A stretch of DNA of 64,000 nt from the human T2T-CHM13v2.0 reference genome, Homo sapiens, in NCBI RefSeq assembly GCF_009914755.1, contig NC_060925.1; one strand, 5' to 3'. Of the stretch, positions 54,276 to 64,000 are shown piece after piece. Under the pieces are notes generated by a model. That model saw only the letters and a program-made list of their open reading frames with translations, had not been told where the DNA came from and made no database searches. Numbering within the stretch: position 1 is the stretch's first letter; every line of letters starts with the position of its first letter. Both the position numbers and the translations under genes were made by a program.

Positions 54276-55030
54276 ATTCTAATTTCTTCTCAGAGCATGT
54301 TCATGGGTTAATATGTTACACTTCTCTCTTCCTATGTTTAGCAACCTGTGCAACTATGAAAAATAACTGATGGTCACACTTTGTATTCTTTCCAACAAAT
54401 CAAATTATTAAATGATTTACTCAATTGTCATTGTACTTAAGAAATGTTTTCATTTATTGTTTTGAAATGCCTTTTATAGTCTAGTATTACCAAGTGACCT
54501 AATTAACTGAAAAACTATATAATCAGCTCTTTAAAAATCCATAAGGCTAAAAAGTAATAAACATAGTAACCCAAGAAATAAAGTATAAATGAATAATATA
54601 GAGCAGTGGGAAACTATCTAATAAACATTATTAGTTCAGAAATAGACATTTCATGTTCCTAGTACTAACAAATACTTTGCCAAATAATACTTCTTTCTTG
54701 CTGATAGAGATCTATTTGGACTTATTTCTCTATTGAAGTAAATGTGAAAAACTTCCAAAATTTTCTAAGTTTTCTCACCTTGACTTTTATCATTGACATT
54801 GTGAAAATGTCATTTTCTTCTCCTAGTGGGGCAATTCAGGAAAAGGACCACAGCATGGACCCTTTCAGAAGAACGCATTTCCGAGGGTTGGCCAGAGGAG
54901 ATGGGGATGGGAGGCAAAAATTCCAATAAGCGGGTTTCTTTCAAGTTATATTTATGCTAGTCTCATCAGTGCTTTACTGCAGACAAAAGGTCTTTTCAAT
55001 CCTTTGGATTTTAAAATAAGGGGGGAAATT

Positions 55031-55181
55031 TATATATATATATGTGTGTATACACACACACACATATATATATGTGTGTATACACACACACACATATATA
55101 TGTGTGTATACACACACACATATATATATATGTGTGTATACACACACACATATATATATATACACACACACATATATATAT

Positions 55182-55225
<44 letters not shown>
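55031..55225. repeat. compound (TA)/(TG)/(CA) minisatellite
   Basis: Units of about 30 bp, tatatatatgtgtgtatacacacacaca, followed by (CA)n. Confidence 0.95.
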
Positions 55226-55227
<2 letters not shown>

Positions 55228-56261
55228 TTTGAAATAGTGCTGTTTCTGCATAAGGAAAGCTGTAGAGGCAGCCAAGCCATCTGCTGGTGCACCAGGGGCC
55301 AGGCTCAGCTGCAGAGTGTCAGTGTATCTCCTGGATGATGGCAGAAATAGGAAAGTGGACTTGAAGCAATGCAAGGGACTAGCCCAGGCTTATTCTCTTC
55401 CACAGTTTGTTAGGTGCGTATTATGGCCCCTAACTGCATGCTGCCTGTGACCTTTGAAAAGTCACTCCATTCCATTAGGAACTGATAAGTTTTTCACATG
55501 CAAGGAGCCCTCCTTTCCCTCTGCAGGGAAACACAAAGTGATTATGATGGCATTTGACTTGCATGCTTTCCTGCTGAGAGAAAGGGTTTGCGATCCTGGC
55601 ACGTAGGGAGAGAGGACGACAAAGTGGGATAAAATATGCCAGAAAGAGCAGTGAAGCAGATCTAATATTTCTCTAAGGGGATGTTATTATGTATTTTCCA
55701 GAGGTGGATTTTAGCTTGGGTGACACAGACGGCTGCCTGGAGTCCTTGGCACTCTCCTCCTGCCACTGACTGGGGAATGCTGTGCTCCAGGTGCTGGTAG
55801 AAAGCCTTTTCATTTTGGCTCAGGGGACCATGGGGAGAGGGGTATGGAGTCTTTCATATCCAATAGCTGCTGATGCGAGCGGTAAGAGTTTGAGCCCAAG
55901 AGACATTTCTTTTCAAATTCGTTTCTCATTACTAACTTTGAAGAAGTCATAGATTCTATATCTAAAAATATTTGTTTAAAGCTCAGAGTTGCTGCTCTAT
56001 GAGGAAACAATGGAAGCGGGATTTTGAATGTTAGTGGAGAGGAAAGAGGAAGAATCTTATAATTAAATTTGTTCTTTTCTTATGCTTTTTCAGAAAAGGG
56101 AACAAATTAGAAGCTGTTTGTTTTTTTCTACTCTCAGAAATAGAGAAAAAAATTAGAAATGTGTCAAAGACTAGGATGTAATTTTTTATTTCTCTTCATT
56201 TCAAGTTACATACATGATACACAGAACACAGAAATGAATTGTGCAGTTGCACTTGAATGGA

Positions 56262-57005
56262 TTGATTTAACAAATGTTTCTGATCATCCACTAAGGGCCA
56301 GGCCCTAGGTGAGTGGTGAATACATAAGACACACATGGTCAAGGAACCTATCTATATTTTCTGTAGATACCTTTTCCATGTACAAAATTACCCAGGCAAC
56401 ATAAATAAAGGTTGTTGGAGGTTGTGTTGGGAGAGGTACGGGGTGCAACTGTGGCGTTTGGGATGGGGGTTGGGAGTTCTGAACCTCCAGTGGAGTCAGG
56501 AAAAGCCTCCTTGAGGAACTGGTGTTTCAGCTGAGAGCAGAGGGACACTGTTAGGGAGTTAAAGAGGAAGGAGGACAGTGTTCCTGTCAGAGGGAGCATG
56601 TATGAAATTTGTGAGCCAAGAGGATGATGCATTCAGAATCTCTGGCATTGAGCCTACTTCGGAAATCATGGGAGAGGCAATAGATGCTGGCTGAGGTCCC
56701 ATATAAGAGATTTGGATTTTATCCCAAGGACAATGGGAAGTTGCTAAAGGGATTTAAAAGGGTGTGACATGGCTGGGTTTTTATTTAGAGTGTCATTCTA
56801 GCTACTGTATGGAGAACGGTCCAGACTGAGTCTGAGAGGCTGTTACAGTGGCCGAAAAACCAAATGACAGGGGTCTGTGCCAGGTGGCTGTGGTACAAAC
56901 AAAGAGGCAGACAGATTAAGCAGATATTTATAGGTAGAATTGACAAGCATTGGTGCCGTAGGAGGTGGGAATGGAGATGACTTCCAAATTTTCTGGTTGA
57001 CTCCA
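56262..57005 (-). mobile_element. L2 (3' region)
   Basis: 'ttaacaaatgtttctga...agtcaggaaaagcctccttgagg...tttggattttatcc...caatgggaag...ggtagaattgacaagcattgg'. Confidence 0.7.
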
Positions 57006-57108
57006 AACCCTGCAGACAGCAAATTAGATGGTTTACAGTCTTATTCATTGTTTTGCCTGTACTGGGATCATGTTCAGATCACTGTATCCATTTCCTCCTT
57101 TCTTTCTT

Positions 57109-57305
57109 GTGTTTTGTTTTGTTTTGTTTTGTTTTTTAAGAGATAAAGCCTTGCTCTGTTGCCCAGGTTGGAGTGCAGTGATGTGATCATAGCTCACTGC
57201 AGTGTCAAACTCCTGGGCTCAGGCAATTCTCCCACTACAGCCTCCAGAGTAGCTAGGACTGCAAGTGCCAGCCACTGTAGTCAGCTCATTTCTTTATTTT
57301 TTATT
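57109..57305 (-). mobile_element. AluJ right arm with (TTTTG)n tail
   Basis: 'tgtgatcatagctcactgcag...aactcctgggctcagg'. Confidence 0.85.
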
Positions 57306-57324
57306 GTAGAATTATAATGAATAT

Positions 57325-57780
57325 AATAATAATCTGATGCTATATGGTACTTTGCATATCTTCATATTTAATCTTTACAACATACTTGTTGGTAGCCATA
57401 TTTTAGAGATAAGGAAGCAGGTTTAGAGAAGTCTTAAGTAACTTGCTCATTTAACTGGTCAGCTGGTACTGAAGGTCAGGTCTCCTTAATTGCAAAGATT
57501 TTGTTTTTTCCACCACAAGAAATATATTCACAGCCAGTTCATGTTTGGAAGGATGTATTAAATAACAGAGTCCACATAACCCATTTATATTCATCATCTC
57601 ATTTATCCTTACAATCAACCTATGAGATAGATATTGCTGTGTTCCTCAATTTACAGATACGGGAAAATTGGCACAAAGAATATAAAAATCTTGCTCCAAT
57701 TTCTGTAATGTGAGGAGACTCTGGAGTTGTGGTTCCCAGCCTCCAGAATTCAGTCTCTTAAAATTACCTAAACTGCCAAC
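57325..57780 (-). mobile_element. two MIR copies
   Basis: 'ttttagagataaggaagcaggtttagagaagt...aagtaacttgctca' and 'caacctatgagatagat...atttacagatacgggaaaattgg'. Confidence 0.65.
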
Positions 57781-59823
57781 AGTAACATGTTGAATACAGT
57801 TGTCATGTTTTATAGACAGAGCTGTGATTCTCCACTGATCATTTCAATACCCATATGATCTAGTAGAGTGCACTGCAAAGAGTTTAGGTGAAAAATGCAG
57901 GTGTCGTTTTGTCCACAGGGTGATATAAAAGTTATATATGTGTGTGTGCGAGTGTGTAAGAGTGTTCATTTGAGAGACAGCTAAATATAATTTGAAAGTT
58001 TAACTTTTCGGAGGGAAGTCTTATTTGGCTTATTTTACATATGGTCAGCAGAATCTCTTGATAACCCTATATACTGATGACATTGGATGCCATGAGTGTT
58101 GAGAAGGAATATATGTACTGATAAGATCAAAACTGAGATAACTTGAGAAAAAGGAAACTTCAATATATTTATCTTAAAGAGAAAGCATTTCATAAAAATA
58201 AATTTGGAATTATACTATGAGTATGACTTGCATGAGTCCAGTAAGGTCATCATTGTTTGAGAATAAATTGCCAATTTAATAACTGGTAAGAGCCTTTATG
58301 TGCTTCCTCAAGCTTCATGCCTAGTGCATCTCCAGAACTGTGGTTAGACAGGAGAGCATGGGCTCCAACTCTGTTTATTATTCTCCTACTAGATCCTTTC
58401 TCAAAATCTGGCTCCCAGAATGGGAGAAAGTTTGGAAAGGAAATGAATTTATGTAGAATACAGTTTCTACCTGCAGTCTATTCCCTGTCTCTCGTTCACT
58501 TACCTACTCCCCCTTTACCTAGCTGCCCCCTCGTTGATTGTTATGGAATGGTTGCTTTAGCCTACGGTTCTGGCAAAGAGACATTCAATAATTCCCAAGG
58601 AATAACTTTGCAAGGTGCATTCGCCCGTTCTGATGAGCTGTAAGAGTAGTTTGCTAAATGGCACTTCAGTGTCTCACCTTCTAAAATACCTAGTTTATGG
58701 CAAGAGGGATCAGAAGCAGAGATTTTCAGCTGTTCCTCTTCTTTACCCTTTGTTTCAGCTTTATGGCTGGTGAATATAGTCGTATAATATTGTGGCTGCC
58801 AATTAAGTGGGATATTGATACAGATCACTGCAATCACAAAACAAATGGTACAGTAGAACTAGCTTATGGATGAACTTTCTTACAGCAGAGACCAATCTGA
58901 AAGGACTAAAAACTGTGCCCCTGACCCAACAGAATAAGAGAGTGTCTTGAAGGGGGTGGTTAGTTTTTTGGGAGTGATTTGGGAGGGTAAGGAGAATTTT
59001 TTTCTCTGCTGCCTGCATTTTGTTTCTAGCAACATTAGGGTATGATACATACCATCTTTATGTATTGTAGACATTAATGGGGAAATGACTTATTACTCTT
59101 TGACAAAATGTCCTTGCAATAATATAATCTGATGATTGTATCTTGTTAAAATTTTTTTGCTGTTTGCTTGATGTTTTGTTTTTGTTCTGGTTTTTTGTTT
59201 TGTATTTTTGAGCTCCTGGTATCCAAACTGCAGGATTTCTTACCTGCATATTCTAAAACAGTTTGCAAGAAAGACAATGGGTTGCAATTAGCTGAAAAGT
59301 AGGACACAGGAAGAAATGGAACAGGCGCGAAGTAGTCAATTCTTGCCTAACTTTCAGTTTGTTTCTAGAATTACAAAAAGCAATTTATGTAATAGACAAA
59401 ACTGGCTAACAGGTTTTGACCACAACATGACTTGAAAGAACAGACTGTGACCTCAGCTTAAACTGCATATGAGCACATTCTGAAAACCAACATTCATACA
59501 TTTCTGGCTTATAATACTCCCAATACATCTTTACACACTGTTCTTTCTTTAGTTACAAACTCTTTAAAAATATACTGAGGTATAAGATTAAAAATTTATC
59601 TTGCTATTACATTCAGATGTTAATCTTTATTTCCAAACCTTAACACAGGATCTGTCCTTTACAGATGTTTCTCTTAATTACTCAAATACTTAGATTCTCT
59701 TTCCTTAAGTCTCTCTCTCTCTCTCACCCTCTCACCTCTTTTTCTATTTTATCCATCAGTTTATATATCATCTTCCCTTATGTCTCTCTCTGTCCTGTCA
59801 TATATTCATAAGGTGATATTTGT

Positions 59824-59849
59824 ACACACACACACACACACACACACAC
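59824..59849 (+). repeat. (CA)n microsatellite
   Basis: Direct reading. Confidence 0.95.
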
Positions 59850-61169
59850 GTACTTATAAACAGCAGCCTCACTGCTAATAGAGGCTCTGGTAACAGAATA
59901 TGCAGTGTCCATCCACATAGGACAATAAATAGTTAAATTAGATTAGTACTCTTTGGCCCTTAACTTTGAAAGGAAAAGATCACCACGAACTTCTTTACCT
60001 TGTCTGGTTAGTTTTCACCCTTCCTTCCCTGGACATCATTTTTTTCTTACCCTGTGTTGGGGAAGCCAACTATCAACCCTTTAGTGAACCCATAGGAAAT
60101 ACTAGATATGAAATAGGAATGTCTCCACTGCTTCCTTCATCTCAGTACAAATGAAAGGAATGTAGGATGAACATTTGAAAGGAAAGCACATTTAAATGTC
60201 AATATATTTTCCATCTCCTTTTAATTATCCCTTTTCTTTCTCCTTCTCCATCTGTCTTTAACACATAAACAGGCATGCTCATTTAAAGTGTTATTTCACT
60301 CTAGGAGGTACTTTTTAGGAATATGGAAAATTGCTGAAGGAAGAGAAAAACATTAGTAAACCTATATTCCGATTAACGTTGTGAATTATATGAGTTGCTC
60401 TTATTTTGAAAGTGGAAGTGAGAATCTCAAGTGTGAAGTAGAGTTAGATGCTCATATGATTTCCTCATAATTCCTTCTCTTTTAGAGAGAGAATATCAGA
60501 GAAGAAAAAAAAAATATGTAAGTAAATATAGTAGCATGCAAAATCTACACCTGCCATATATTCAGATTTTACTGTACAACTTAACTTCTGAATCATAAAG
60601 GAAGCAGCAAAACTTAGTCTGAATATGTACAAATGGTGTTAACCCAACTTTGTAAGTATAAGAAAATATTTTTATGCATGCATACCTACACTAGGTTTTT
60701 CTTACTCTTTGACGTTATTAACTGATATTTTAAAAAATTAAAATGCTACAAAAGTAGGAACTTGTTTTATTATCATTAGCATTCACAGCTTCAAACAGTG
60801 TGTGTAAATTTGAAGAAAAATGAGAAGCATATTCTAATACAATGATAGGTACTGTTGCTTGCTATAAGAGGAATATATAATTGAATATTTTCAAGGCTGC
60901 TTTTAATTTATTCTCAGTGGAAACTTTTCTCCACTAATTTATCAACGCAGTTTGCCAATTTGAGTTTGGACTTTTTTAGACAAGAAATGCTGTGACCTTT
61001 CTAAAGTGTTGGAGGAATAATCTTCTGAGGCACATGATAATAATTATGATTTGTTACTCACTAATGCTACACAAGAGTTTACGTTGTTAACCAAATGATT
61101 TTAACCAAAATTTTGAGTACCGTTACTATCAGAGATGCGGCCCTCTTTTTTGGGGGGGTTATTTTTTAA

Positions 61170-61236
61170 CCTTTTTAATTAAAAAAACAGTTTTAACTTT
61201 TAGATGCAGGGGATACATGTGCAGGTTTGTTACGTG
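61170..61236 (-). mobile_element. very short L1PA 3' terminus
   Basis: 'aacttttagatgcaggggatacatgtgcaggtttgttac'. Confidence 0.65.
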
Positions 61237-63077
61237 ACAGGCATAATTTTTACCTTTATATTGTTATTTTTCTGTGCTGAGTTTTCTGAATACAGAGATT
61301 ATATGTATATACAAGAAAGAAAACCAAATTTTCTAATTGCCCTAAATGTGCAATAGAAATTACAGAGAGGAAAAAAAAAACATGAATCAAGCATTAAGCC
61401 ATTAAACTGTACCTAATAGGCATTTATTCAATGGGCATTATGAATGTGAGTCGTGCCCCATTTAAAATCTAACTGAAATGATTGCACATTTCATTAGTGA
61501 AGATAATTACCAGTTTATTCTTTCCCCCCAAAATCATATATGTATGAAAAACACCATTAGAAGGTAAACAGTACTTTTAAGGAAGGAAGTAAACATGACC
61601 TATTTAAGTAGGGTCAGTAGAGGAACATCTGTTTCCCCTTTCTTTGTCTTTTTTTTTTTTTTTTTTTTTTTAACAATTGAGACTTCAAAAAATAATTCCC
61701 AATTTTATCCCACAAATTCAATGTGTGAAATAATTTATTTTTCCAATGCATTCAACATCAGTTTCTTAATGTTAAAAACAAACTCAAGAATACTCAAATG
61801 ACTTACAAATGTGAACATTCAGTATCTCTATTTACACAGAAATGGGATGTCTTCAATCCCTAAATCTCTGATTGGGTAATGAGGAGGAGGATCAGTGTTC
61901 TTGCTCTAGTTTTATAACTAACCGGCTGTGCAACTTGGAGAAATAACTGAACCCCTCTGGGCTTCTATGGTTAATTAAGAGAACTCGAAGATTTACAGGC
62001 TCTTTTTCAGCTTAGAACAATTTTGTCATTCTGTTGTAAAAACACCAACATATACATACTCAAGCATATGTCAGTGTCCAGTAACTAATTGCCCAGTAAT
62101 TTCTCGTATGAAGAGCTTTATATTAATTTCCAAAATAGATGGCATCTGCAAAACGTGTTTTGGTGGTAGGAGGGGTTTGGATTAATCTCAATCTAATTCT
62201 ATTCGATTTTTTGAGAATTAAATGTGATTATCTCCTTGATCCAAAATGTAATAATACATGAATACTTACTGAGTGCCTATTATATGCCAAATATGGTGTT
62301 CTATATGAAGGCTACAATGCTGAGCAGTGCTGACTATGAACCTGCCTTCATGGCACTTATAGTCTAGCAAAGAGACAGGTATTAAAGTGTAATTCTATCA
62401 TTAAACCATAAAGCTTAAGTCATAAATCTTCTCAATTTAGTCCATCACCAGCAACCACCAAACCAAACACATGCAACAAATAATTTTTTAAAACAAAACA
62501 TACCTTCATGCTCATGAACCGAAATGTCCTCAGAGTCCAGAGAATGGTGAAAACATTTCCAGATTCTTGGCTTTGCCTGATGGTATTCTGTTTATATGGT
62601 AGCCTTCCTTAATCCTCTCTTCCTTTGTTCCTTAATTTCTAGGCTTCAACCTGTTTAAACAAAAAGTGTAGTTTTATTTCAACTAAGTCTGAAATCCTCT
62701 TTCCTGTCCTTGTTCCTCAAATTTGTAAGATAAAGCATCATTTTGTTTTGGGTTTTCTATTTTTTTCTGCATGCAAGATTTCTGTGAGACCATTCAACAC
62801 TTTTCAATATGGATGATTTCTTACAACTTGTCTTCAATGCATTTTTATTCAAAAAGACAACCTTCCCTCTGGAGCTGGGAATGGGGGAAGACAGAGCTGT
62901 CTGGTGGGTGCCTTTAGGTCATCAGAAAAACCATAATAATGGATATGCAATTACAAACAAATTTTAAGTATTGTGAATTTGTTTTCAAAAACTTTTCAGG
63001 GAAGACTTACCTGAGAAGTGACGAAATCATGGGAAAATTGGAAACTGGTGTGACTGCAGCAGCATTTAAGAGAGGGA

Positions 63078-63472
<395 letters not shown>

Positions 63473-64000
63473 CTAGAGCAGACAAATTTGCTGTTCTAAA
63501 AAAAAATTACCTCTTTGTAAGTTTGGTATACATAGAATGGGTAGGAGAATGCACACAAAGGTAGATGTACATAAATTCATGACTGAATTGTTTGTAATAA
63601 TCCTAAATCTGAAGCTATTACCAGAAAGTTAAAAACAATTAACAATAAAGAAAAAGGCCAATATCCCTTTTAGTTAGTTATTGGAGATTTAGTTTTAAAT
63701 ATGTGCTGACTTTTTAATATGTAAAGTATCCTTAAATTCGAATTGAGTATTTCATATTCACAAATATTGACAATACTTTAGTTACATCAGATAAAAACAA
63801 AACACGTAGGAAATTATGACTTCTAATAACAAGTTTCACTTCTCTTCCCCAGTCCTGTTATCTTTCTATCCCAAAATGCATGTGAAAGTTTCCCATGTTT
63901 AGGATTAGTGTTCTCCCCAATTAGTGAGGCATCCAGAATGGTATAGGGAAAGCACATGTAATTTGGTTTTGATATTCTGTTTTATTCAATTACATTTTTT

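Noticed and set aside
54974-55374. CV/HT/YI-repeat ORFs
   Set aside because: Dinucleotide-repeat translations.
58074-58136. TGATGA...CTGA box C/D-like pair
   Set aside because: Box C lacks the leading purine, no convincing terminal stem and no recognisable antisense element.
58630-58660. CTGATGAG resembling a hammerhead ribozyme core
   Set aside because: No stem II followed by GAAA, and no stem I/III pairing found.

Overview
AT-rich, CpG-poor primate (very probably human) genomic DNA with no CpG island, no recognisable protein-coding gene and no RNA gene I can support. It reads as a large intron, a lncRNA locus or a gene desert. Much of it is interspersed repeat: about 15 Alu/FLAM elements, L1PA/L1MA/L1MB/L1ME pieces (including a 4.1-kb 5'-inverted L1PA7-like copy), solo LTRs (THE1B, THE1C, MLT1A0, MLT1D, LTR40, MER66B), DNA transposons (Tigger3, MER44, Tigger4, MER5A, MER58A, MER81, MARNA), MIR/L2 and microsatellites. 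Nearly all ORFs in the track come from repeats or chance; only the L1 ORF1/ORF2 remnants are recognisable protein. The most unusual structures are two locally templated insertions. One is a 341-bp patch inside a MIR (12873-13213), built from an inverted copy of 13796-13942 joined to a direct copy of 14826-15018. The other is a 129-bp perfect copy of 40841-40969 pasted into L1 ORF2 at 39688-39816. There is also a ~590-bp multi-block minisatellite grown inside an Alu tail, a degenerate RNY-triplet tract and several + strand candidate exons. I found no evidence for a new multi-gene system. Repeat family names come from recall of consensus sequences, not from a database search.
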